Shown here one piece after another: positions 51,945 to 63,899 of a stretch of 64,000 nucleotides of DNA (position 1 is its first letter; each line of letters starts with the position of its first letter). The notes under the pieces were generated by a model. It made no database searches. It was not told the DNA's origin and was given only the letters and a program-made list of their open reading frames with translations. The DNA is from Octopus vulgaris (lineage: Eukaryota), in the NCBI GenBank assembly GCA_951406725.2, contig OX597830.1, forward strand, positions 59,520,001 to 59,584,000. The letters are read 5' to 3'. Both the position numbers and the translations under genes were made by a program.

Positions 51945-52872
51945 CATGGTCTGATCAATAAGTATTCGGACGGTTGCCATAGTAACGAAGCTAAAGCACG
52001 CAGAGTAAAGCCGCTTGACATAGGTTGACCTTGAACTCTGTTGTGCATGTGCACTAAGTTTTAACGTTCTAGACTCACTTCTGCTGTTTACAGTAGTGCT
52101 TGGAAGGAAGGAATGTAACGTGTGATCGTCGTATTGACCATACGTCATACTGACCATCGTCGTATTGACCATGGCAGAGAAAGTTGAACAGATAATCTGC
52201 ATCAAAATTTGCCAAAGGCTTGGTGGTACCTGCTCAGAGGCCTAAGTAAAGTTTTCAACAAGTTTTTATCGCTCTCGACACAATCAAGATCTTGTGTAAC
52301 TGAAACCCGAGTGTCCGTTTGGTTAGCTGAAAGCAGTTTTGACACAAACTTGTCAGACACACGTCCCATACCCAAATCTTCAGTGATAAAGGACTGAACT
52401 AAATCGTCACTAACCTGCACATCCTCTGATAACTCATGGACGGTGATTCGACGATTTCCCCTCACAGCTGCATCATACACATCTGCAATGTTTTTTCTCA
52501 GTTCTGTTGGTTGCGGGTCTCCCGGAACGTTCGTCAATATCGACATTTTTTCGGCCATCTTGGAAGCGTCTGAACCACTCGTATACTTGAGTGCGGCTCA
52601 TACACTCCTCTCCATACACTTTCTGCAACTTTGCGTCGGCCGCTGAGCAGGTATCGCCATGACGACTTTCTCTGTCTTTGTCAATCCGACAATCACACGC
52701 TACACACCTTCCTTCCAAGCACTGCTGTAAACAGCGGAAGTGAGCTACAACGTTGAAAATTAGTGCGCATGTACAGCATAGTTTAAGATCAACCTTTGCC
52801 AAGCGGCTTCACTCTGCATGCTTTAGCTTCGTTACTATGGCAACAGTCCGGATACTTATTGATTAGACCTCG
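51945..52872. mobile_element. Fold-back mariner derivative made of two 5' ends in inverted orientation
   Basis: TA TSDs. At least 170 bp of inverted arms. Left arm encodes MAEKVEQIICIK (+). Right part encodes LQKVYGEECMSRTQVYEWFRRFQDGR...RSGRP (-). No DDD domain. Confidence 0.88.
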
Positions 52873-52914
52873 TATGTTATGCACACTTTTTTTTAATATT
52901 TTTTTCCTCGGGTA

Positions 52915-53590
52915 TGGCGGCGAGCTGGCAGAAACGTTAGCACGCCGGGCGAAATGCTTAGCGGTACTTTGTCTGCCGCTACGTTCTGAGTTCAAATTCC
53001 GCCGAGGTCGACTTTGCCTTTCATCTTTTCGGGGTCGATTAAATAAGTACCAGTTACGTATTGGGGTCAATGTAATCGACTTAATTCCTTTGTCTGTCCT
53101 TGTTTGTACCCTCTGTTTAACCCCTTGTGGGTAGTAAAGAAATAGGTATTTCGTCAGCCGCTACGTTCTGAGTTCAAATTCCGCCGAGGTTGACTTTGCC
53201 TTTCATCCTTTCAAGGTCGATAAATTAAGTACCAGTTAGTACTGGGGTCGATGTAATCGACTTAATCTCTTTCTCTGTCCTTGTTTGTCCCCTCTGTGTT
53301 TATCCCCTTGTGGGCAATAAAGAAATAAGAAACGTTAGCATGCCGGGCGAAATGCGTAGCCGTATTTCGTCTGCCGTTACGTTCCGGGTTCAAATTCCGC
53401 CGAGGTCGACTTTGCTTTTCATCCTTCCGGGGTCGATAAATTAAGTACCAGTTACACACTTGGGTCAATATAATCGACTGAATCCGTTTGTCGGTCCTTG
53501 TTTAGCCCCTTGTGGGTAGTAAAGAAATAGGTATTTCGTCTGCCGCTACGTTCTGAGTTCAAATTCCGCCGAGGTCGACTTTGCCTTTGC
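52915..53590 (+). repeat. Tandem array of about four SINE A units
   Basis: Repeated GAGTTCAAATTCCGCCGAGGTCGACTTTGCC...CCCCTTGTGGGTAGTAAAGAAATAG units with high identity. Confidence 0.9.
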
Positions 53591-54290
53591 ATAAAACGAT
53601 AAGGTACCTTTCCCTGGGTGAGGGGTTGGGAATTTGTGACTCTTGTATGTTTGCATTATTTGTGTTCATGTCTGATGGGGTAAGGAGAAGGCTGGTGTCT
53701 GCGGGGTGATGAGATTTCGGGTGTGGAGCAGGAGGGAAGGGATGGGAATGAGTTGGGGTTCTTCCTTGCTGATTTCCTATTTCCTTCTCTTCCTCCTCTT
53801 CGTGCCCACTTCTGTCCATTCTGTTGATTTTTCTTTTTGTACTCCTGGTTTTTCGTTTCCATCCTTATCAATTCTTGGTGTTACAACTGTCGGAGACGCG
53901 GTCTCCACTGGAACTTCTTTTGATCCTTCTACCTGGAGGAGGAAAGCACTTGGCTTTTATGTATCCCAACTGTCCACAGTTGTAGCACTTCGGCCTCCTG
54001 CCTTCCACCACAACCCAAAGCCTCACCTCGTCTCCCACCGTTATGGTATTGATCATTTCGTCCATGTCCTCTAAAGCAGCCTGGATTATTATTTCCAGTG
54101 TTTGCCCCAGCCAATTCTAGTAGTACTGCCGCAAGGCAGCAAAAACAGTGTAGAAAAACACAAAACAAGAAAATAACGTTACAATTACATGAAACGAGCG
54201 AGCTATTTACGCGAACTCGGAACCTTGGTATAACGGCGTCTACGACGTTAAGAGAATAAAAAATCTGTTGCATAGACTCGGTGGAAATTC
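53590..54290 (-). mobile_element. Non-LTR retrotransposon ORF1 (gag-like) remnant with zinc knuckle
   Basis: VVVEGRRPKCYNCGQLGYIKAKC (CX2CX4[H>Y]X4C), followed by a charged, low-complexity tail. Confidence 0.65.
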
Positions 54291-54479
54291 TTCTTACTAA
54301 TTTATGACATATACGTGCATTCGAGCGTAGCAGGGAACAGCTAGCCTGTTAGCCGCTATTTGCATCCCATTGTGTCCACTAATCTGGTTGGTATTGGCGC
54401 AATTTGTCTCTTACTCTGTCGCGCCAACTTGCCGTGGATAACCAGTCGGAGGCCCTAAATAGGATCACGTGGGACAGTC

Positions 54480-55654
54480 TGTTTACTACCCTGATTTTAA
54501 CTTACAGTTCCTTATAAAAACTCAGCTTTTCCTCATTCCGAAGTCTTTGGTTCCAGACCTTTTAAGATCCAGCCACTGACCACAAAGACACAACCAGTTC
54601 CCGAGACAACACCAGGCGATACCTCTACCACAGCGCTGAGACTTACCAACTTCGTCCAACAGCATCACGACACCTCCGTCTCCATCGCGACCATCATGTC
54701 CTTAACGTCGTCAACATTATCTCTCTTCGTACACAGCTCAGCAAGCAATTCACCCAGGTTTCAACAACTTACTGTTCGTGAATTATTTCACCACGGATCA
54801 ACAGCGAATATAACTGAATAAATTCCTGTACAAGTGACCTAGGCAGCAGTATCACAGCCACGACTTCACGTTCGACATGTACTTGTCACCGGCTCAGCAT
54901 TATGGCCGCGGCTTCTTGATATAGTATTTCAACTACCGTGTACTACTGTCTACGATCTGGTATTATTATTATCTTGTGTCACTTCGATGGCTATAGACTC
55001 CTTCTCTGTCTCCTTCTTCATTGCAATCCTTATATGTTCTTAACACGCGCATACATCTATGCTTACACACACACACACTTGGTTTAACTTCACGCTGTTT
55101 GTGAATATTTCACCATAGTTAACAGCAAGTCTACCTGCGATAACCTTCTGTTTCAAGTAACCCGGCACAGCATAGAAGCCACAACCGCTTACTTGACATG
55201 AGTTTCAACCGGCTCTGCAATTGTAGCCTCAACTTCTTGTACAGAACTAACTATTGTGTAACTTACTACGAACTGGTATTTATCTCCATCTTGTGTCTGA
55301 ACTTCTAGCGTCCTGTTATAGACTCTTTCTATTGCTCTGTATTTCATCTCACACGCATACACCCTTGTTTGAACACACATGCACTTTATGTATGCTTGAC
55401 GGCCTGTCTATTGTCTGTTATTATTGTTCTTATTATATATCTACTTATGTCGAACACACAGTCACACACTCTGCTACCCACATGTTAACATCGAAATAAA
55501 ACCTTTCTCTTACATCATACGGTAGTGTCGTCTTCTCCTTATTTCATTCTGGCGCTTATTCATTTATCCGTATTTTGGTTTTTATTGTAAGGCGACCGTG
55601 CGGTGTTTAAAGGAGTCATTCATTTGTCACCATCTTTTCGCACGGTCGTTCTAC
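54480..55654 (+). mobile_element. Probable LTR with ~320-bp internal duplication
   Basis: TG start (5' boundary uncertain), TATAAAA at ~54513, AATAAA at ~55496, ends ...CTACA followed by AACTGG (PBS-like). Abuts the integrase remnant. Confidence 0.45.
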
Positions 55655-56765
55655 AAACTGGAAGCAATTCATAAAAGCCTATGCCACCCCAGAACAACGA
55701 GGTTCCTACATTACTGTTAAGCCCATAGCTGTAGGATCTGTTGTGAACTTAAGCCAAACTTCTGTCGTCCACATCCGGAATCCTTGATACAGGCTACCCT
55801 ATCCTGGAAACGAATGCCTATCGATTTTGCTAGACCGATTACCAAATATTCCTTCTTTACTTACTTTTTAATGGTTGTGGATGAATACCCGCATCATCCC
55901 TTTTCTTTTCCGTGTAAATGGATATCTAATAAAGTGGTCATTGAGAAACTGGATGGATTTTTCTCCTTTCTGGAAGCCTTAACGCAGTTCACTCAGACAG
56001 CGTGCTCAATTTGAAGCGGCGAAGTGCAGAGCCTTTCTATTGGCGAATGGCGTAATCAAGACCAGAACTATTCCATATCATCCTTAAAGAAATGGTCAAT
56101 ACGAGCGCATGAACGCGACTATATGCAAGAAAATAGCTATTGGCTTGAAGTCAGAAGGGTTATAGAAGACTGAGTGGACCAAGGTAGTTCCACTGGTCTT
56201 AGCTTCAATCATAGGTCTTTTATGCACGGCAACCAATGAAACTCCTCACGAAAGAATATTTACTTTTCGTATCGCCTTGAGATTCGGGTCCGATCCGCAG
56301 TCGCTCTTAATCAACGTTGGTTCAACGGCTTTACTTCGAAGTCATCTACCTCGAAAAAGCGATTCACCTGTAGAGAAGGTTAAATTATCGGAAACTCTCA
56401 CCAAATTCCTCACGGGTAGAGTTTAACAACTGCAGTTTCAACACGAGATCTTGCTTACTATCCCCCAGATTCATCGTCAGAAAAAGGTAATCAATTGTTC
56501 TGAGACACACCTGTTCAATGAAACGATTCTGATTGGACGCAATGCTGTCCAGATACACAACCGGAAACACCTGTGTTGTCATCGGAAGACCCAAGTGAAC
56601 CAACATTGGACCATAGTAAGGAAGCTTTAGAAAATTCGCCGGATAATGCACGTGATCTTGGAATTCTCACGAACAGTTTCGTAACAACCAGGTTAAACCG
56701 AGTAGTGAGAAGGTCATTGCTTGACGATTACGAAGTAGACATCGAACGCAGCAGAGAAGGCTGAT
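55655..56765 (+). mobile_element. Ty3/Gypsy integrase remnant (internally deleted LTR element)
   Basis: IHKSLCHP (HHCC), IDFARP...YFLMVVDEY, TIPYHP.RNGQYERMNATI (DDE). Purine-rich PPT-like stretch at ~56750-56760. Many stops. Confidence 0.85.
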
Positions 56766-57509
56766 GTGTTTTCAAGCCATCATTCACTGCAGTCCTATAC
56801 TTTTTATCTTCTTTCACTTCTGTCTCGCTTCCATCCATATTACATAAATCTCTTAACTAACTATAGATGCACGCATGGTTGTGCGGCAAGAAGCCTGCCT
56901 CCCAACCACATAGTTCCGAGTTCAGTCCTACTGAGTGGCACCTTGGGCAAGCGTCTTGCACTATAGCCTCAAGCCGACCAAAGCTTTGTGAGTGGGTAGA
57001 CGGAAACATACATACGTGTGTGTTTGTCTCCTACAACCGTTTGACAACCGGTGATGGGTTGTTTACGTCCCCGTAACATTAACGGTTCGGCAAAAGAGAC
57101 CGATAGAATAAGTATTGGACATAAAAATTAAGTACTGGGGCCTATTCGTTCGACTAAAATTTTCAACGCGGTGCCCCAGCTTGACCACGGTCTAATCACT
57201 GAAACAAGTGAAAACTAAAAGATAACGTAGGTCCGCATGTTCTTAAGATTGAATAAAAACCTTCAGTTGTCGCATCTTCAGCGTTTAGATGCAAAATGCC
57301 TTATTTTCTCTACTTTTGTCCCACAAAAACGAATTTCCCACTTTTCCGACACTCGTTGTTTCCGCGTTATACTTACATTATACTACCAAGGTTTAAAATC
57401 TGAAAAGCAGAATTGCTTTGTGTCTTTTGGACCCACTTAATTGGTCCCAGTAATCCAGCTTTCCCAGAATAGGCTTTACTTTCGTTTCCCTACGTTCTTT
57501 ATTTCATAT

Positions 57510-57839
57510 TTTACTGTGACCAATAAAGTAGAAACTACTAAAAGGGTAAAGACCCCGTTCAGTCGTGAATGACCATGGGACTACACCTAGAAAGTTATCT
57601 TCCGAGGCACAAGTCCGGGCAAGGTTGTTTATGGAAGACCAGCAGTCGCCCATGCATAACAGTCTTCCCGCTCCACCGATCTTGTCCAAGGGAAAAGCAA
57701 AGTCCGATACAGCTGAGTGAACTGGAACAACGTGAAATAAAGTGTCTTACTCAAGAACACAACACACAGGCCGGTCCGGGAATCGAACTAGCTACCACAT
57801 GATTGCGAGGCCGACGCTCTAACCACTGAGCCATGCGTC
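57510..57839 (-). mobile_element. Third tRNA-derived SINE family (copy also at ~28918-29110, +)
   Basis: Head GCATGGCTCAGTGGTTAGAGC...AGTTCGATTCCC followed by the CTTGAGTAAGACACTT domain. Confidence 0.7.
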
Positions 57840-58206
57840 TTCACCAGAACTGCTAAATGACTGATTAAATACCACAAACATACCTGTACATAAATCAGGC
57901 TAGAACTTAAATCAAGTCATTCGTCCAACCCCGTGCCCAAATGCAGGGGTCTCCAGCCATCGGGCCGTAGACCATTTAGTACCGGGCCGCACAGACAAAA
58001 ATAGTTCTACTTCTATTTTATTGACTATCAGAAACTGCGGGTTGGTTTTTGCATTATTTATATGTAATAATTAATTGTATTGATATATAATTTTAGGTGC
58101 ACGAGTGGCTGTGTGGTAAGTAACTTCTACTATGGCCTCGGGCCGACCAAAGCCTTGTGAGTAGATTTGGCAGACGGAAACTGAAAGAAGCCCGTCCGTT
58201 TATATG

Positions 58207-58297
<91 letters not shown>

Positions 58298-58744
58298 GTG
58301 TATATGTCTGTGTGTCTGTGTTTGTTCCCCCAACATCGCTTGACAACCGATGCTAGTGTGTTTACGTCCCCGTAACTTAGCGGTTCGGTAAAAGTGACCG
58401 ATAGAATAAGTACTGGGCTTACAAAGAATAAGTCCTGGCGTCGATTTGCTTGACTAAAGGCGGTGCTCCAACATGGCCGCAGTCAAATGACTGAAACAAG
58501 TAAAAGAGTAATTATATATTATGCAGTTTGTTTTGTCATGTGCGAGATACTCTCTTTTTACTCTTTTACTCTTTTTACTTGTTTCAGTCATTTGACTGCG
58601 GCCATGCTGGAGCACCGCCTTTTAGTCGAGCAAATCGACCCCAGGACTTATTCTTTGTTAGTTAGTTAGTTAGTTAATTTTTTGGCTCAAATGCAAAAAG
58701 CAAGGCCATGTAGGGGGGACATGGAGTTAAGTACAGGGTGGTGT

Positions 58745-61633
58745 TCATGTAAAGAGTTCAGGCCACTTGAGGTCAAGGGAGACTTGAACAAAGCGGTCGT
58801 CGGCATCTTCACCATCTCGTCTGGCAGCTTATTCCACGGATCCGCAACCCGGACGGAGAAAGCTCCTCTCCTTCGATTGAGATGAAATCGTCGCAGGTAG
58901 AGCTTTTCGGAATGACCCCGCAGCCGACGCTCTGGAGCAGGAGTGAAGAACAGCTCTTTCGAGAGGTTACACTTTCCGCTTATGATGTTGTGAGCAAGAA
59001 TGAGATCACCACGGCGGCGGCGTTTTTCTAGAGAATAAAGGTCGAGCGTCTTCAGTCTTTCCTCATAAGACAAATTCTTGAGACCATGAACCATGCGGGT
59101 AGCCAGCTTCTGGACTCTTTCGAGATGTTGTATGTCTTTGAGGAGATAAGGAGAAGAGGCTTGAATCCCGTACTCCAATATGGGTCTCACCAGCGTGACA
59201 TAGAGCGGTAGGAATATGGCTGCTGTGAGCATTCCGAATGACCGTCGAATCAAGAACAGAATTCCGCGTGCTTTGTTGGCAGCATGGACGCACTGGGCCG
59301 AAGGCGAAAAGGAGGAATCCACCAAGATACCCAGGTCCTTTATCTGATAGGTCCTCTCTAGCAGCAGACGACCCGGCTCGAAACCAAGTTGAGTTGCAGG
59401 AGGAGAGCCAACAGGCAGATGACAGCACTTTGACACGTTCAGACACAGGTCCCATTCGTTAGACCACCTCCAAATTTGGTGGAGGCATCGACGAAGATCC
59501 TCTATATCACCGCGAGGAGCGACCAGTTTGACATCGTCGGCAAATAGAAGGGTGTGTTGCGTGAGGTCGTCGGGCAAGTCATTTATGAAGACTAAGAACA
59601 ATAAGGGCCCAAGCACTGAACCTTGAGGCACGCCACTGCTCGCACTGGAGACGTCGGACCGCGAACCATTAACTTGGACTTGGAAGGAGCGATCTGAGAG
59701 GAAGGCACCAACCCATCGTACAATATCCGGATGGAAACTATATGCTTGAAGCTTGACAAGTAATAGGCGGTGGTTTACCGAGTCAAAAGCTTTGGCAAAG
59801 TCCAATAAAACGATGTCAACAGCATCACTATCATCGAGGATGCGCGTCACCAATTCTTCCATTACCAGTAAGTTGGTCAAGCATGATCTCTTCGGCACGA
59901 AGCCGTGTTGGGAATCAGAGATAGAGGCTGTGTTTTGGAGGTGGAGCATCATACTTTTCTTAAGGATAGTTTCGAACATCTTGCTGATTATTGATGTAAG
60001 GGAAACCGGTCGGTAGTTAAGCGGGTCTTCGCGGCTCCCTTTCTTGAAAATTGGGCAGATTATCGCTGTTCTCCAGTCCGCAGGTATAACACCCGTCGCC
60101 AATGACATGTTGAATAGACGTGTTAAGGGCTCGCAGATGACCGGAGCCAACGCTTTGATAACCCGTGGGTGTATGCCGTCAGGGCCGTGACCCTTGTTGA
60201 CATCGAGGCCTTGAATAACACGTTTGACTTCGTCCCGCGTGATGACCAATCGAATCATTGGAGGTACCGATCTATCAAATGGAGGGGGTTCACGACCATC
60301 ATCTTGTTTGAAAATAGTTGAAAAAGCCTCGGCAAATAATTGACTCTGTTGATAAGGGTCCTCAATCGATACGCCTGTTGAGTCTACCAACGTTGCAATT
60401 TGGTTGTTCAAGCGGGAATTCCGTTGGACATGGGCAAAGAAGGTTTTGGGATTGCTACTGGCGTTTGCCGCGATTTTGTATTCATAACTGAAGCGTTCTT
60501 CCTTTTCAATTTTCACGGCTCGGTCTCGTTGAGTTTTGTACAACCTCAAAAGCTGCAGTCGAATCCAGATTTTTGAATTCAACCTAAGCAATATCTCTGA
60601 GTCGAAGTTCTCGTTTAACCTTCTTCGTCACCCAGGGCTTGTGTTTCTTCTTCTTGGGAAACGCAACGGGAACTGCCTGGTCAGTCAACCAGATTACATA
60701 TGCTTTGAGGGATGACCATAGTTCGTCAACTGAGGACAACGTCATCAGGGATCGCCAGTCCAGGAGCGCGGAAGCCTCGGTTAGAATTTCAAGATTAATT
60801 GCAGAGAAGACTCTACGTGGCAGCGAAGTAGTCGTGGGCGTAGAAAATGTTGTGTGCATGACGAACTTCAGGACCGCATGATCACTCTTGGCAAGAGGGG
60901 TGCACACAGATACGTCTGACACTGATCTTGGATAGCGGGAGAATACCAGATCCAGCATAGATGGCTGCTGCCCAGACCGATGCCTTGTCGGATATTCAAC
61001 ATGTTGCGATAGAAAACAATCTTCAGCCACGTCAAGAAGGGCCTGGCCGAACCGGGAAGATGATGTACAAATTGATGCGGGCCAATCGATCGTGGGAGCG
61101 TTGAAGCCTCCTAATATCAAACATTCATGAGAAGTTGAAACGAATCTTATCGCTTCGAGTAAATGAGCATCGTCCTGGGGGTCGGCAAGAAGCAGCCTGT
61201 AGACAGCCAACACGGGCAGGCAAAACTCAGAAAGGCTCAGCTTGCAATAGACGGCATCGAATTTTGTTGTAGGTGGAGCATTAGTGGGTAGAATACCGCT
61301 GGACGGTTTGAGATCAGATTTAACATACACAGCAACACCTCCACCTCGCCCTTTTTCTCTGTCACATCTGAAGAGGACGTAGCCCTGTAGGTGGATTTCT
61401 GAGTCCTTTACTGCTGGAGTCAGCCAAGTCTCGGTGATAGCTATCACATGAGGGGAGTCACGCATGGCCAGTGTAAATAGTTCGCTGAACTTTGGAAATA
61501 AGGAGCACGAGTTGGTATAGACGATGCTGAGCTGTGAAGTTTGAGGGGCGGGAGTTGGGGAAAAAGCAGAATAAGGGGTATCAGAGATAACATCGTTGAC
61601 GGGGGTATCTACTTTACTTCGATTCGCCCTCAA
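58745..61633 (-). pseudogene. LINE ORF2 (apurinic endonuclease + reverse transcriptase), lightly disabled
   Basis: APE motifs YTN, ITETWL, GGGVAVY, LDLVF, SDH; RT motifs NYRPVSLTS, DFAKAFD, GVPQGSVLGP, FADD. Lesions: TAG at 60584-86 (likely TGG), frameshift near 60545, GDFN>GGFN, and a frameshift near 58780 (restores LDLKWPELFT*). Confidence 0.9.
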
Positions 61634-62799
61634 TTCACTTTCCCTGTCAGCACTACAGCATGCGACCAGAGGTAGGACTTGATTATTTGTCCATCTTGGA
61701 TGCGTAAACCCTTCTCTCCCATCTGTTTTCTCATCTTCAGTTCGGATATTAGGTTTCTCCGGCGAATTCTCTCTCTCAGTGAGTATTCCTCGCGAAAACC
61801 CATATTGGGGTCCTCCCAGGCATGCGTCTGAGCTCTGTTCAGAAAGGTTGAAGCCTCCTGATCGGAAGAAAAGATTACTCTTATTGGGCGTGGTCTAGTA
61901 TCTGAGGTTGAGTTCGCTTGGAATCTTCCTAGCCGAGCGACCTTATGGATACTGACATTCTCGTTGACAGAGAACAATTCTCCAACTAAAATGGAAACAA
62001 AATTTATGTCTTCTTTTAGGCGGTTTATGCCTGTATCACAGGTGGATTCAGCTTTACCATAAATGATTGCTGATCTTGAGTGGGCAAAATGTTCTCTACT
62101 ATGAGCTGCGGCATTCGATTCTTCGTTGGATGATTTCGAAAGGGTGGTTTCATAGCCATCAGACTTATGTCGGCCTGTGGGGTCGATCGGAATGGGTTTA
62201 GTGGTCATAACTTTCCCGCCTGGTTTGGAACTGCACTGCCTCTTCTTCGGTTTGGGGGAGCACCACTCCCCAGATGAACTCACATCGAGATCGTTCAGAA
62301 TTGGTTGAGCAATGGCATTAATGGGAAGGACAAGTGAGGGAGAATCCAAACAGATTTTATCTTGAGCAGGTTTCGTAGCTAAATCTGCCCCACTGGAGTT
62401 TTGACTACGTTTCTTCTTTTGGGGAGAACAACGGTCTTCAGGTGGGTTTGAGTCTACGTTCCTCAAATTAGGTTGGGGAACCTCCGGGACCGAAAAGGCA
62501 GATGAGGAAGAATCCGCACAGGAACGATCATGTGCGGAAACGACCGCCGGTTCCTTCGCCTTCTTTGGCCGCTTCGATTTTATTTCCTTCGGTTTGGACG
62601 TCTCCAGGGAAGAAATCAAGGGTGACTCTGCGTCAATAGGAGACTGTTTATTCAGTAAATGAGCAACAACAGACTTTAGGTGCTCTACCTCTTGTTTGAG
62701 CAACAGCAACTGCTCGTTGAGCTGACTGTTGGTAGGACCATCATCCCGATGAGAAGCCCTTCTCGCAGATCTCAGTTTCGATCTGTAGGTAGCTGACAT
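61630..62799 (-). CDS. LINE ORF1 protein (389 aa, intact)
   Basis: N-terminal coiled coil (LNEQLLLLKQEVEHLK). C-terminal CR1/L1-type RRM-like motifs IIYGKAES, RLGRF...RPRPIRVIF, FREEYSLRER. Confidence 0.85.
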   Translation of the reverse strand: MSATYRSKLRSARRASHRDDGPTNSQLNEQLLLLKQEVEHLKSVVAHLLNKQSPIDAESPLISSLETSKPKEIKSKRPKKAKEPAVVSAHDRSCADSSSSAFSVPEVPQPNLRNVDSNPPEDRCSPQKKKRSQNSSGADLATKPAQDKICLDSPSLVLPINAIAQPILNDLDVSSSGEWCSPKPKKRQCSSKPGGKVMTTKPIPIDPTGRHKSDGYETTLSKSSNEESNAAAHSREHFAHSRSAIIYGKAESTCDTGINRLKEDINFVSILVGELFSVNENVSIHKVARLGRFQANSTSDTRPRPIRVIFSSDQEASTFLNRAQTHAWEDPNMGFREEYSLRERIRRRNLISELKMRKQMGEKGLRIQDGQIIKSYLWSHAVVLTGKVN

Positions 62800-63899
62800 G
62801 ATAGATTGTTGACCAAAAACAATCTTCTATGGGCTCTAGGACAAATCTGAGTTAAATCAGGAACAAAAACAGCTGCAATCCTTGTAGGAGTAGGCAACAG
62901 CAGACAAAATCTGAGAGAGTTTGGGCTGAACCGAATCACAATCCAAGATTGAAAGCAGACGGTGAAACGAGTCGGGAACCCTTCCTAATTGTCTGAAGCA
63001 GCTTTAGGATAAGGAATAGTAGGTCGAACTTTAGAATATTGATATGCATATAAAATGTTCCACACGATTAAATATCATTTAACGTGCCATTTGTAAGCCC
63101 AGTACTTATTCTATCGGTATCTTTTTGCCGAACCGCTAAGTGACGGGGACGTAAACACACCAGCATCGGTTGTCAAGCAATGCTAGGGGGACAAACACAG
63201 GCACACAAACATACACACACATACATATATACGGCGGGTTTCTTTCAGTTTCCGTCTACCAAATCCACTCTCAAGGTATTGGTCGGCCCGGGGCTATAGC
63301 AGAAGACACTTGCCCAAGATGCCACGCAGTGGGACTGAACCCGGAACCATGTGGTTGGGTAGCAAGCTACTTACCACACAGCCACTCCTGCGCCTATGGA
63401 AACAGTGTCCATGGAAAAATTGTCTTGCATAAACGGTCTGTGGAAAAAAATTGTCTTACATGAAACGGTCAGAGGTGCAAAAAAAAAATACGTTCTGCAG
63501 CTCTAAAGAATATTATTTTCAAGACGAGATCATTCTTGCTGCGAAACGAAGAAGGTTCAGTCAGAAATCACCTTCACTGAAAGATGCAGATCAAAGGGAG
63601 ATAATATTTACTGCCGCTCGATTATTCCCCCTGTTTTTCCTTAATCTTAAGATATTTCAAAAATATTCTTCGACGAATTGCTGCCAGTCATTTATTTTTA
63701 TCCATTTCGCTTAATTTTCTTTTTGTCCCCAGAAATAGAGCATCTTTTTTCCTTTGATACTTGTTTCTTTCCTTTACTTACAACAACATTATATCGTAAA
63801 GGTTTAAACAATGAAATTCAGAATCGTTTTACTTATGTCTTTCCACTCCAAATAATTGGACCCAGCAGACCAGCTTTTGCTGCATAGTTGAGGCCCCTA

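Larger units (their letters stand above)
58659..63089 (-). mobile_element. Full-length CR1-group LINE (~4.43 kb) inserted into a SINE B
   Basis: TSD TTTGT at 58654-58 and 63090-94. The flanks rejoin into an intact SINE B. 3' tail (CTAA)n. Contains ORF1 and an APE-RT ORF2. Clearly more GC-rich than the flanks. Confidence 0.95.

Noticed and set aside
57770-57839. tRNA-like sequence with A/B boxes (also the heads at 28918, 46660, 52915)
   Set aside because: Continues into SINE body sequence and lacks a clean acceptor stem. These are SINE heads, not tRNA genes.
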